Part shown: in pieces, positions 32,416-41,549 of the stretch
How the letters are laid out: the number at the start of each line of letters is the position of its first letter
How positions within the stretch are numbered: position 1 is the first letter of the stretch
Assembly (NCBI GenBank): GCA_902586395.1
Contig: CACIHL010000001.1
Coordinates: forward strand, 1-44,624
DNA from: an uncultured Pelagibacteraceae bacterium
Lineage (GTDB): Bacteria > Pseudomonadota > Alphaproteobacteria > Pelagibacterales > Pelagibacteraceae
Length of the DNA: 44,624 bases
Direction of reading: 5' to 3'
Made by a program: the position numbers and the translations under genes
Notes under the pieces: generated by a model
Told to the model about the DNA's origin: nothing
Seen by the model: the letters and a program-made list of their open reading frames with translations, nothing else
The model's database searches: none

Positions 32416-33593
32416 TGAACAATATTAAAGATCAAGAAAATATTAATCAAAAGATAATATTATTAAGATTGGATTTAAATGTTCCTTTAAAAAATGGAGT
32501 TATCACAGATCAAACAAGAATTGATAAAATCTTGCCTGTAATCAATTTTTTAATAAAAAAAAATTGCAAGATAGTTATAATTTCACACGTTGGGAGACCT
32601 AAAGGAAAAGTAAACAAAGAACTTTCTTTGAAACCGATTTGTGAAAATTTAGAAAGCAAAGTAAATCAAAAAATCAAACTCATTAATGAAAATATCTTTA
32701 AGATTAAAAAAGATAAATTATTTAAAAATTTCAATGGTCAAATAATATTTTTAGAAAATATCAGGTTTTATGAAGAAGAAGAAAAAAATGACACAAATTT
32801 TTCAAAACAACTGGCGAGTCTTGCAGATCTTTATGTAAATGATGCTTTTTCTTGCTCACACAGAGCTCACGCCTCAATTAGTAAAATTACTGAATTTTTG
32901 CCGTCCTTTGCTGGGTTGCAACTAGAAACTGAAATAAATGCTCTCAAAAAAGTGACGAGTGAAATAAAAAGACCAGTTACATGTATAATTGGAGGATCAA
33001 AAATTTCAACTAAAGTTAATTTAATTAAAAATTTAATACCAAAATTTGATAACATTATTGTTGTTGGTGGAATGGCAAATAACATTTTAAGCTTTAAAGG
33101 AAATTCGATAGGAAAATCAATTAAAGAAGAGAATTGTGAAAAAGAAATAGAAAACATTTTTAAAACCTCTAATGATCACTCATGTTCAATAATTTATCCA
33201 AAGGATGTCAAAATTGGAAAAAGCATGGATGACAAATCTCAAATTAAAGACTTAACTGAAGTATCAGCCGATGATTTAATTCTCGACATTGGCCCAAAAA
33301 CACTAAAAAAAATTGGAGATATTATCGAAAATAGTAAAACCGTTTTGTGGAATGGTCCGGCAGGTTATTTTGAAAATCCAAATTTTGCTTTAGGTAGTTA
33401 TGAAATAGCAAAAATGATTATTAAAAAAAATAAAGATAATTCAATTTACTCTGTGGCAGGAGGTGGAGATACAATTGCAGTATTAAATCAGATGAATGCA
33501 ATAAATGATTTTAATTTTGTTTCAACTGCTGGTGGAGCTTTTTTAGAATATCTTGAAGGTAAGGAACTTCCTGGTATAAAAGTTTTAAATTAA
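32415..33593 (+). CDS. pgk: Phosphoglycerate kinase
   Basis: RLDLNVP, SH.GRP, NDAF...HRAH, WNGP.G.FE and GGGDT motifs. Confidence 0.97.
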   Translation: MNNIKDQENINQKIILLRLDLNVPLKNGVITDQTRIDKILPVINFLIKKNCKIVIISHVGRPKGKVNKELSLKPICENLESKVNQKIKLINENIFKIKKDKLFKNFNGQIIFLENIRFYEEEEKNDTNFSKQLASLADLYVNDAFSCSHRAHASISKITEFLPSFAGLQLETEINALKKVTSEIKRPVTCIIGGSKISTKVNLIKNLIPKFDNIIVVGGMANNILSFKGNSIGKSIKEENCEKEIENIFKTSNDHSCSIIYPKDVKIGKSMDDKSQIKDLTEVSADDLILDIGPKTLKKIGDIIENSKTVLWNGPAGYFENPNFALGSYEIAKMIIKKNKDNSIYSVAGGGDTIAVLNQMNAINDFNFVSTAGGAFLEYLEGKELPGIKVLN

Positions 33594-33594
33594 C

Positions 33595-34605
33595 ATGTCT
33601 GAACTAAATAATATAGTAATTAGAATTCTTGGTGGTGGTAAAGGAATTCTGGCTGCAGATGAAAGCACAGGAACAATGACCAAAAGGCTAGATGGTGTAG
33701 GTGTGCCCTCAACTCCGGAAAATAGATTGCTTTTTAGAGAAACTCTTTTTTGTTCATCAGAAATGAAAAATTGTATTGGCGGAGTCATACTGTATGACGA
33801 AACAATTAAGCAGACATCCTCAAAAAAAAACAAGATACCAGAATTAATTGAGGGTATGGGATCTTGTGCAGGAATAAAAGTGGATACCGGTGCAAAAAGT
33901 TTAGCTGGGTCACCAAATGAAAAAATTACAGAAGGGTTAGATGGTTTAAGAGATAGACTAAAGGAATATTTTAAACTTGGAGCAAAGTTCACCAAATGGA
34001 GAGGTGTTTACAATATATCAAAAGATTTCCCGAGCAAATTATCTATTTATTCTAATGCACACGCGTTAGCTAGATATTCCGCATTAGTACAAGAATGTAA
34101 CATGGTGCCAATTGTTGAACCAGAGGTTTTGATGGATGGAGACCATTCCGCTAAAGAGTGTTTTCAAAAAACCTCCGAAGTCATTAAGAAGTGTTTTGAG
34201 GAGCTTATTCTTCATAAGGTTGATTTAAAAGGAGTGATATTAAAACCAAATATGATTCTAGCTGGAAATAAATCAAAGGAAAAAATCTCAAATGAAGATG
34301 TAGCAAAATTAACCTTGGACTGCTTGAAAAGTTCTGTTCCCACGGAAGTTCCTGGTATAGCTTTTTTATCTGGTGGACAATCAGAGCTGGAGGCAACAGA
34401 GAATTTAAATTTGATAAATAAATTAAATAAGACTGGTTTTATAATGAGTTACTCCTACGGAAGAGCATTGCAGCAGGGTGCTCTTAAATTTTGGTCGAAA
34501 AATATAAAAGATATTGAAGGAACTCAAAAGGTATTTAACCACAGAGCAAAAATGAATACTCTTGCTGCTCAAGGAAAATGGTCTAAAGAAATTGAGAGTC
34601 AGTAA
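33595..34605 (+). CDS. fbaB: Class I fructose-bisphosphate aldolase
   Basis: GKGILAADES, GIKVD, KWR, PIVEPEV, LKPNM, FLSGGQS and SYGRALQ motifs. Confidence 0.95.
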   Translation: MSELNNIVIRILGGGKGILAADESTGTMTKRLDGVGVPSTPENRLLFRETLFCSSEMKNCIGGVILYDETIKQTSSKKNKIPELIEGMGSCAGIKVDTGAKSLAGSPNEKITEGLDGLRDRLKEYFKLGAKFTKWRGVYNISKDFPSKLSIYSNAHALARYSALVQECNMVPIVEPEVLMDGDHSAKECFQKTSEVIKKCFEELILHKVDLKGVILKPNMILAGNKSKEKISNEDVAKLTLDCLKSSVPTEVPGIAFLSGGQSELEATENLNLINKLNKTGFIMSYSYGRALQQGALKFWSKNIKDIEGTQKVFNHRAKMNTLAAQGKWSKEIESQ

Positions 34606-35197
34606 AAAAAGGTTTATTTATTTAATTTCACCAAACAAAATAAAGAAGAGTTTTTATAATAATTTAAACGTAGTTCTCAGTTCAAATTTAATTAGTTTTT
34701 TTCAATTAAGATTAAAACAATATTCTTTGATTGAGAGAAAAGAAATTGGAATAAAAATCAAAAAAATTTGTAAAAAGTATAAGGTAAAATTAATAGTAAA
34801 TGACGATCCAAACCTAGCAAAGGAAATTAGTGCAGATGGTTGTCATTTAGGCCAAAGTGATATGAATATTCAACGTGCAAGGAAAATTTTAAGAAAAAAA
34901 ATCATTGGTATTACGTGTCATAATTCAAAAAAATTGATTAAACAGGCAGTTAAAGATGGTGCGAATTATATTGCGATAGGCGCTTTTTTCAAATCAAAAA
35001 CGAAAAAAGTAAATTACATTGCAAAACCAGGTTTAATATCTTGGGTTAAAAGATTCACAAAAATACCCGTTGTTATAATTGGAGGTATAAATAATAAAAA
35101 TTTTAGAAAACTACTGTTGCATAAACCAGACTTTTTAGCTATCTCAGGAGGCATTTGGGATAAAAAACCAGTTAAAGCAATTAAAGAATTTGTATGA
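34592..35197 (+). CDS. thiE: Thiamine-phosphate synthase family protein
   Basis: QLRLK, NDD, G.HLGQ.D, S.TK and IGGI motifs. Start is uncertain; the TTG at 34592 is preferred. Confidence 0.85.
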   Translation: MRVSKKRFIYLISPNKIKKSFYNNLNVVLSSNLISFFQLRLKQYSLIERKEIGIKIKKICKKYKVKLIVNDDPNLAKEISADGCHLGQSDMNIQRARKILRKKIIGITCHNSKKLIKQAVKDGANYIAIGAFFKSKTKKVNYIAKPGLISWVKRFTKIPVVIIGGINNKNFRKLLLHKPDFLAISGGIWDKKPVKAIKEFV

Positions 35198-35754
35198 AAA
35201 TAAACGCTAATGAAATTAAAGTTGGAATGTTGATTGAATACAAAGATGATCTATGGGAAATCTTAAAAACTCAACACGTCAAACCTGGTAAGGGTGGAGC
35301 CTTTTGCCAAGTTGAAATGAAAAGTATAAATAAAAATACAAAGCTTAACGAGAGGTTTAGGTCTAACGATACGATAGAAAAAGCAAGTATAGAGAATATT
35401 GAATTTAATTATTTATATGATGATGAAATAAATTACTACTTTATAAATCAAAAAAACTTCGAGCAAATAGATGTTAAAAAAGATATAATAGGAGAAAAAG
35501 GCAAACTACTAAAAGAAAACTTAAATGTAGATCTAATATTTCATGAAGATAAAGCTATAGGTATTGATTTACCAAATCAAGTTCAGTTTAAAATAAAATC
35601 AACTGATGTTGCATTAAAAGGTCAAACAGTCTCATCATCTTACAAGCCTGCAATTTTAGAAAATAATATTAAGATTCAAGTTCCGCCATTTATAGAAAGT
35701 GGAGATGAAATATTAGTAGATACAAGAACAATTGAGTATATAAAAAAATTATAA
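35194..35754 (+). CDS. efp: Elongation factor P
   Basis: HVKPGKGGAF, KPA.LE and VPPFI..G motifs. Confidence 0.97.
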   Translation: MKINANEIKVGMLIEYKDDLWEILKTQHVKPGKGGAFCQVEMKSINKNTKLNERFRSNDTIEKASIENIEFNYLYDDEINYYFINQKNFEQIDVKKDIIGEKGKLLKENLNVDLIFHEDKAIGIDLPNQVQFKIKSTDVALKGQTVSSSYKPAILENNIKIQVPPFIESGDEILVDTRTIEYIKKL

Positions 35755-35756
35755 AC

Positions 35757-36497
35757 ATGAACTCGATTTCTCCTAACCTAAATTTAATGATAAAGTCTTG
35801 TGAAAAAGTTTCCAAAATATTGATAAGAGATTTTGGAGAAGTTGAAAAACTTCAGGTTTCAATAAAGGGACCTAAAAATTTTGTCACAAATTCAGATAAA
35901 AAAGTTGAAGATATGTTGGTTAATGAACTATCAAAATCAAAAAAAAAATATTCTTTTTTAACTGAGGAGAGCGGTTTTATTAAAAATGAAGATAAAGAAA
36001 ATTTTTGGGTTATAGATCCAATAGATGGCACAACAAATTTTATAAATGGTATACCCCATTTCTGTATTTCAGTCGGGCTTGTTTTAGACAATGAAATTGT
36101 TTCTGGCGTAATATTTGATCCTATCAAAGACGAAATTTATTATGCAGAGAAAAATTCTGGTGCATACATGAATAATAAAAGCATTAGAGTTTCAAAAAAA
36201 AGAGAAATTTCTGAATGTTTATTCTCATCTAACAGTAAAAAAATTAATTCGGATGGTTTGACAATTCGAATTACTGGTAGTGCAGCTTTAGATCTTGCAT
36301 ATGTATCATGTGGAAGATTTGATGGAAGTTTTCACAAAAATTTAAGTTTATGGGACATTGCAGCAGGCTCAGTATTAGTAAGAGAGGCTGGGGGAGTTTT
36401 AAGTGATATTGATTTAAAAAAAACTGAAAATATAAGCTTAATTGCATCCAACCAAAGTATTGAAAAGGAAATTAATAACAAAATCTCTATGTTTTAA
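35757..36497 (+). CDS. suhB: Inositol monophosphatase family protein SuhB
   Basis: WVIDPIDGTTNF, GSAALDLAYV and WDIAAG motifs. Confidence 0.93.
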   Translation: MNSISPNLNLMIKSCEKVSKILIRDFGEVEKLQVSIKGPKNFVTNSDKKVEDMLVNELSKSKKKYSFLTEESGFIKNEDKENFWVIDPIDGTTNFINGIPHFCISVGLVLDNEIVSGVIFDPIKDEIYYAEKNSGAYMNNKSIRVSKKREISECLFSSNSKKINSDGLTIRITGSAALDLAYVSCGRFDGSFHKNLSLWDIAAGSVLVREAGGVLSDIDLKKTENISLIASNQSIEKEINNKISMF

Positions 36498-36532
36498 TTG
36501 TTTTATAGTTTTCATTTGCTATAAGTTCTCCT
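36498..36532 (+). promoter_or_regulatory. Putative sigma-70 promoter for leaderless rpmE
   Basis: TTGTTT (36498-36503), then 16 bp, then an extended -10 TGcTATAAG ending at 36525, 7 nt before the ATG; no SD. Confidence 0.5.
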
Positions 36533-36760
36533 ATGAAAAAAAAAATTCACCCAAACTATCATACTATAAAAGTAGAGATGACAGATGGATCTCAATTCGA
36601 AACTAAGTCTACATGGGGCTCTGAAGGTGAGGTTTTAAAATTAGAAATTGATCCAAAGTCTCATTCAGCGTGGACTGGTGGAAAGCAAAAATTGCTTGAT
36701 AAAGGAAGAGTAAGCAGATTCAATAAGAAATTCCAAAACTTCAAATCTAAGAGTAAATAA
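36533..36760 (+). CDS. rpmE: 50S ribosomal protein L31 (Cys-free type)
   Basis: MKK.IHP.YH, H.AWTGG and GRV.RF.KKF motifs; no cysteines. Confidence 0.96.
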   Translation: MKKKIHPNYHTIKVEMTDGSQFETKSTWGSEGEVLKLEIDPKSHSAWTGGKQKLLDKGRVSRFNKKFQNFKSKSK

Positions 36761-36761
36761 A

Positions 36762-37346
36762 ATGACACTAACGCCATTAATGCCAATGGCTACTGCTGTT
36801 TGGCTTGTAGAAAACACAACTTTAACATTCAAGCAAATTGCAGATTTTTGTAACCTTCACGAAGTTGAAGTTCAAGGTATTGCGGACGGAGAGGTGGCTA
36901 AAGGTATAAAAGCTTATAATCCTATAACATCAGGACAACTGACTAAGGAAGAAATCGAATTGTCGAGCAAGGATCAAGATAGAGCTTTGAAAATTACTAA
37001 TACTGATGTTGAAATAACATCAGATGAAAAGAAAATTAAGAAATATGTTCCCTTATCAAAAAGGCAAGATAAACCTGACTCTGTTTTATGGTTGATTAAA
37101 AGTTACCCACAATTAAAAGACTCTCAAATAGCTAAGCTTGTTGGCATAACAAAAAACTCGGTTGTATCTATTAGAAATAAAAGTTATTGGAATTATAATA
37201 ACTTAAACGCAAAAGACCCTGTTGCAATGAATTTGTTCACTCAAAAGGACCTTATAGAGGCAAGTGAAAAAGCAGAAAGACGTATAAAGAGAGAGAAAAA
37301 ATTAAAAGAGAAGGCTTTAAAAGCAAGCCAAAGTCAAAATTCTTAA
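36762..37346 (+). CDS. DUF1013 family protein
   Basis: PLMP.ATAVWL.ENT.LTF.QIADFC.LH..EV.GIADGEV is characteristic of the alphaproteobacterial DUF1013 family (TrcR in Caulobacter). Confidence 0.88.
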   Translation: MTLTPLMPMATAVWLVENTTLTFKQIADFCNLHEVEVQGIADGEVAKGIKAYNPITSGQLTKEEIELSSKDQDRALKITNTDVEITSDEKKIKKYVPLSKRQDKPDSVLWLIKSYPQLKDSQIAKLVGITKNSVVSIRNKSYWNYNNLNAKDPVAMNLFTQKDLIEASEKAERRIKREKKLKEKALKASQSQNS

Positions 37347-37354
37347 AAAACTAA

Positions 37355-37401
37355 TAGACATGAAATTTTATAAGTGTTATTTAAACTTTTTTTTTTGGAG
37401 G
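37355..37401 (+). promoter_or_regulatory. Putative sigma-70 promoter and SD for rpsU-tRNA-fMet
   Basis: TAGACA (37355-37360), 17 bp, TGtTATTTA (-10 at 37378-37383), a T10 tract, then GGAGG at 37397-37401. Confidence 0.6.
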
Positions 37402-37406
37402 ATGTT

Positions 37407-37601
37407 ATTAAAATAGACGTTAAAGATAATAATGTAGAACAAGCTTTGAGAGTTTTAAAAAGAAAACTCCAAAGAGATGGATTTTTTAAAATAGTCAAAC
37501 TTAAAAATACTTACGAAAAACCATCCGAAAAGAAGAAAAGGATCCTGCAAGAGAACATTAAAAGAGTAAAGAAACTTAATAAACTTAAAAATAGAATTTA
37601 A
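37407..37601 (+). CDS. rpsU: 30S ribosomal protein S21 (probable non-canonical start)
   Basis: IDVKDNNVEQALRVLKRKLQRDG..YEKPSEKK matches alphaproteobacterial S21. There is no in-frame ATG; ATT at 37407 aligns with Met1 and lies 5 nt after GGAGG. Confidence 0.93.
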   Translation: MKIDVKDNNVEQALRVLKRKLQRDGFFKIVKLKNTYEKPSEKKKRILQENIKRVKKLNKLKNRI

Positions 37602-37604
37602 TAT

Positions 37605-37681
<77 letters not shown>

Positions 37682-37682
37682 A

Positions 37683-38375
37683 TTAAATTTTAAACCTTGA
37701 CTTCTTGCTGTCGATTAGAAAACCTTTGACTGTATCCTTGGTTAATTTTTCGAAAGATTTACCAGAATTTTCAATTGTCTCAATTATTTTTGGAGGTACA
37801 GTAATTATTTGGCAACCTAATTCTTTTGCTTGTAAAAAATTGTATGCTTCTCTTGTACTTGCCCATAATATTTCAACATTTTTAAATTTTTTTGAAATCT
37901 TTAAACTTTTTTTAAATTCAGGTAATGGATTTTTTCCTGCATCGGCCATTCTTCCGGCAAATATAGATATTATTACTTTAGTTTTTTTATCCACATTCTT
38001 TAAAATTCTTTGAGTTTGTGTTGCACTATAAACAGCAGTAATATTAAGTTTAATTTTTTTTGAATTTAAAGCTTTTATTACTTTGCCAGAAAACTTGCCT
38101 TTAGTGTTTGAATATGGAACTTTTACAAATACATTTTTTCCCCACTTAGAAATTTTATTTCCTTGTTTAATCATTTCATCATGATTATCTGCAAATACTT
38201 CAAATGAAATTGGTTTTTTCGTTACTCTTAAAATTTTTTTTGAATAATTTTGATAGTCTTTTGCCCCCGCTTTTCTCATTAAAGATGGGTTCGTTGTGAA
38301 GCCTTTAACAATTTTTTTTCTATCAAATTTTTTGATTAAATTTATATCTGCGATATCACAAAATATTTTTGTCAA
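37683..38375 (-). CDS. tal: Transaldolase (short TalC-like type)
   Basis: GFTTNPSL, ISFEV (Glu, as in transaldolases), VKVP Schiff-base Lys, SIFAGR and LWASTRE motifs. Confidence 0.9.
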   Translation of the reverse strand: MTKIFCDIADINLIKKFDRKKIVKGFTTNPSLMRKAGAKDYQNYSKKILRVTKKPISFEVFADNHDEMIKQGNKISKWGKNVFVKVPYSNTKGKFSGKVIKALNSKKIKLNITAVYSATQTQRILKNVDKKTKVIISIFAGRMADAGKNPLPEFKKSLKISKKFKNVEILWASTREAYNFLQAKELGCQIITVPPKIIETIENSGKSFEKLTKDTVKGFLIDSKKSRFKI

Positions 38376-38376
38376 T

Positions 38377-39774
38377 TTATAAATTCTTAATTATATCTTC
38401 TGTCATTTTTTTAGCATCTGCAAATAACATTAAAGTATTATCTCTGTAAAATAGATCATTGTCTATACCTGCATAACCCGGCGATAAACTTCTTTTGACA
38501 AACAAAACAGACTTACTTTTTTCAACATCAAGAACGGGCATGCCGTATATTGGACTTTGTGGATCTGTTTTAGCAACTGGATTTGTAACATCGTTTGCTC
38601 CAATTACATAAGCTACATCACAATTTGCAAAGTCATTATTGATCTCTTCTAATTCAAACACTTCGTCATAAGGAACATTGGCTTCAGCTAACAAAACATT
38701 CATATGCCCTGGCATTCTGCCGGCAACAGGATGAATAGCGTATGAAACTTTTACACCATTTTTTTTTAGAGAGTCTACCATTTCTCTTAACGCATGTTGT
38801 GCCTGCGCAACAGCCATTCCATATCCAGGAACAATTATAACTGATGAGGCATTTTTCATTAAAAAAGCTGCATCATCCGCATTTCCACTTTTAACTGGTT
38901 TTTGCTCTTTACTTGTCTTGCTTGAAGTTTGATCCGTTCCTCCAAATCCTCCGAGTATAACATTAAAAAATGATCTATTCATACCCTTGCACATTATGTA
39001 AGATAGTATTGCACCTGAAGAACCCACTAAAGCACCAGTGATTATCAAGGCAGTATTTTCTAAAGTAAAACCTATTCCAGCTGCGGCCCAGCCTGAATAA
39101 GAATTAAGCATTGAAATTACTACTGGCATATCTGCGCCACCTATCGGAATGATTAATAAAAAACCAACTAGAAAAGAAATTGCAATTAATGACCAGAAAA
39201 AATTAGGAGACTGATTTAAACATAAAAAATATGTAAGAATTATAATAGAAATCAAAATTAATAAGTTCAATATATGTTGTCCTGGAAAAGTTATTGGAGA
39301 ACCAGACATTAATCCTCTTAATTTAAGAAAAGCTATTATTGAACCTGAAAAAGTAATTGCACCAACAGCCGCTCCTATCGACATCTCAATTAGACTAGCT
39401 AGTTTAATATTTCCTGTAGAACCTAAATTAAAAACCTCAGGACTTATAAAAGCAGATATTGCAACAAAAACTGCGGCCAAACCTACCAAACTATGAAAAC
39501 CAGCTACTAATTCTGGCATTGCAGTCATAGGTATTTTAAATGCAATAAATGCTCCTATTGAGCCTCCAATCAGTAAGAATAATAACACATAAAGAAATCC
39601 ACTTGAAAAATTATCAATAGAAAGGAAAGTGACAGTTATAGCAATTGCCATTCCGATTATTCCAAAAAAATTTCCTTGTCTTGAAGTTTCTGGTGAAGAT
39701 AAGCCTCTTAAAGCTAAAATAAATAAAATACCTGAAATTAGATAGAATATTGCTAGTAAATTCGCAGAGATCAT
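38377..39774 (-). CDS. pntB: NAD(P) transhydrogenase beta subunit
   Basis: IGGADMPVVISMLNSYSGWA, PGYGMAVAQAQ, HPVAGRMPGHMNVLLAEA and GANDVTNP motifs. Confidence 0.98.
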   Translation of the reverse strand: MISANLLAIFYLISGILFILALRGLSSPETSRQGNFFGIIGMAIAITVTFLSIDNFSSGFLYVLLFLLIGGSIGAFIAFKIPMTAMPELVAGFHSLVGLAAVFVAISAFISPEVFNLGSTGNIKLASLIEMSIGAAVGAITFSGSIIAFLKLRGLMSGSPITFPGQHILNLLILISIIILTYFLCLNQSPNFFWSLIAISFLVGFLLIIPIGGADMPVVISMLNSYSGWAAAGIGFTLENTALIITGALVGSSGAILSYIMCKGMNRSFFNVILGGFGGTDQTSSKTSKEQKPVKSGNADDAAFLMKNASSVIIVPGYGMAVAQAQHALREMVDSLKKNGVKVSYAIHPVAGRMPGHMNVLLAEANVPYDEVFELEEINNDFANCDVAYVIGANDVTNPVAKTDPQSPIYGMPVLDVEKSKSVLFVKRSLSPGYAGIDNDLFYRDNTLMLFADAKKMTEDIIKNL

Positions 39775-40082
39775 TTTTTATCTTTCTTTTTTTTCTTGTA
39801 CATTGCTAACATTCTTTGTGTCACTAAAAATCCACCAAAAATATTAATTGCTGCAAGCACAATAGCTAAAAATCCGAATATACTAGATTGATTAAAAACA
39901 CTTAAGTTTGTACCAGCCAATGAAGCAATAATAGCTCCAACAATAATTACTGAGGATATTGCGTTAGTTACTGACATCAAAGGAGTATGCAATGAAGGAG
40001 TAACGCTCCATACAACATAGTAACCAACAAAGATCGATAATATAAATATACTTAATCTAAAAATAAATGGGTCTATTTCCAT
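39771..40082 (-). CDS. pntAB: NAD(P) transhydrogenase alpha subunit part 2
   Basis: V.P.LHTPLMSVTNAIS and NIFGGFLVT.RML.MY motifs. Confidence 0.96.
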   Translation of the reverse strand: MEIDPFIFRLSIFILSIFVGYYVVWSVTPSLHTPLMSVTNAISSVIIVGAIIASLAGTNLSVFNQSSIFGFLAIVLAAINIFGGFLVTQRMLAMYKKKKKDKK

Positions 40083-40084
40083 AG

Positions 40085-41173
40085 TTACTTTACCAATGTT
40101 TCCTTAATTATTTCATCTTCTAAATTTATATTAACGTTCTTTTTTTCTTTATCATAAAGATTTGATACAAAATTAAAAACATTTTTAGAGTATAAGTTTG
40201 AGGCTGAAGCTGGAAGTTTATTTAATATATTTTTCTCACCCATAATTTTTACTCCATTTAAATCAACTTCTTCATCTGCTTTAGTTGCCGCTGTGTTTCC
40301 ACCCTGAACAGCTGCTAAATCATAAATTACAGAACCTGGCTGCATATTTTTAATCATACTTTCTTTAATAATTACAGGAGCTTTTTTTCCAGGTATTAAT
40401 GCTGTGCAAATTACAATATCAATTTTTTTTAATGTTTCAGCAAGAAGATCCTCTTGTTTTTTTTTAAATTCATCTGAGGTTTCTTTAGCGTATCCACCAG
40501 AAGTCTCAAGATTTTCTGCACCTTCTACAGTCAAAAATTTTCCCCCCAAACTCTCAACTTGTTCTTTAGATGACATTCTGACATCAGTTGCAAAAACTAT
40601 ACCACCCATTCGTTTTGCTGTTGCGATTGCTTGTAATCCTGCAACACCCGCACCTACAACTAAAATTTTTGCCGCTGGAATTGTCCCTGCCGCTGTCATC
40701 ATCATTGGAATTGCTTTTTTGAAGTTTGCAAAAGCTTCTACTACAGCTTTGTATCCAGCTAAATTAGCTTGAGATGAAAGTATATCCATCGATTGAGCTC
40801 TGGTAATTCTTGGTAGCAATTCTAACGAAAATACATTGATTTTCTTTTTTGATAAACCTGAGATAATTTCTTTATTAGTATAAGGATTAAAAACACCAAT
40901 TAAATTTTGATTCTCCTTCAAAGAACTTAAATTTTCCTCAGATGGTAAATTTAATTGAAGTATGAAATTAGAATCAGTCAAAATTTTTTTTTTATCTTCA
41001 GATATTTCTGCGCCTGAGGTCACATATTCGTTGTCATCTATTCCAAGGTGTTGAGCATAATTTTTCTCTATTAATACTTTTAAACCTAGTCCAATAAATT
41101 TTTTTACGTTATCTGGAGTAATAGCAACTCTGCTCTCAATTTTTCTATCTTCGTTAATGGAACCTACTATCAT
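40085..41173 (-). CDS. pntAA: NAD(P) transhydrogenase alpha subunit part 1
   Basis: E.RVA.TP, PRITRAQSMD.LSSQ, GAGVAGLQA and TALIPG motifs. Start moved to the ATG at 41173 (MIVGSI). Confidence 0.96.
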   Translation of the reverse strand: MIVGSINEDRKIESRVAITPDNVKKFIGLGLKVLIEKNYAQHLGIDDNEYVTSGAEISEDKKKILTDSNFILQLNLPSEENLSSLKENQNLIGVFNPYTNKEIISGLSKKKINVFSLELLPRITRAQSMDILSSQANLAGYKAVVEAFANFKKAIPMMMTAAGTIPAAKILVVGAGVAGLQAIATAKRMGGIVFATDVRMSSKEQVESLGGKFLTVEGAENLETSGGYAKETSDEFKKKQEDLLAETLKKIDIVICTALIPGKKAPVIIKESMIKNMQPGSVIYDLAAVQGGNTAATKADEEVDLNGVKIMGEKNILNKLPASASNLYSKNVFNFVSNLYDKEKKNVNINLEDEIIKETLVK

Positions 41174-41178
41174 TTCAA

Positions 41179-41289
41179 TTATAGTAAGAAAATAGCTAGA
41201 AGTGTAAGAATAACAATGACTGAAATTGTCCCCCAAAGAACAAACTTCGTAAAATTATCCCATGTTTTTTTATGGTTTTCATTATCCAT
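41179..41289 (-). CDS. Small single-TM protein, likely aa3-type cytochrome c oxidase subunit IV
   Basis: Not in the ORF track. Translates to MDNENHKKTWDNFTKFVLWGTISVIVILTLLAIFLL (36 aa): an MD...H.KT...F motif plus a TM helix, directly upstream of pntA as in other alphaproteobacteria. Confidence 0.8.
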   Translation of the reverse strand: MDNENHKKTWDNFTKFVLWGTISVIVILTLLAIFLL

Positions 41290-41292
41290 AAA

Positions 41293-41418
41293 TTACTTCT
41301 GTCTAGCTTTAAATTTTGGGTTTTTTTTATTAATTATGTAAACTCTTCCTCTTCTCTTAACTAGCTTTGAGTTAAGATCTCTTTTTTTTAATGATTTTAG
41401 GGAGCTTTTTATTTTCAT
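41293..41418 (-). CDS. rpmJ: 50S ribosomal protein L36 (Cys-free type)
   Basis: Not in the ORF track. Translates to [41 protein letters not shown] (41 aa). Confidence 0.95.
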   Translation of the reverse strand: MKIKSSLKSLKKRDLNSKLVKRRGRVYIINKKNPKFKARQK

Positions 41419-41426
41419 AATTTGTT

Positions 41427-41544
41427 AGCCTGGCAACGTCCTACTCTTCCATGTCTTAAGACAAAGTACCATCGGCGCAGAAGGGCTTGACTACCGAGTT
41501 CGGAATGGGATCGGGTATTACACCTTCGCAATAATCACCAGGCA
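41427..41544 (-). rRNA. rrf: 5S rRNA (stand-alone, no adjacent 23S)
   Basis: Reverse complement is GCCTGGTGATTATTGCG...ACCCGATCCCATTCCGAACTCGGTAGTCAAG...GCGCCGATGGTACT...GAGTAGGACGTTGCCAGGC, with a terminal helix and the conserved CCGAAC loop. Ends are approximate. Confidence 0.96.
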
Positions 41545-41549
41545 TAAGA

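Noticed and set aside
38377-41173. Transhydrogenase alpha subunit split into two genes
   Set aside because: The three-polypeptide PntAA/PntAB/PntB form is established (e.g. Rhodospirillum rubrum); this is not a frameshift.
41174-41236. ORF-track N-terminal extension of pntAA (similarly for pdxH, glyQ and thiE)
   Set aside because: The extensions overlap neighbouring genes and lack homology; downstream starts fit better.
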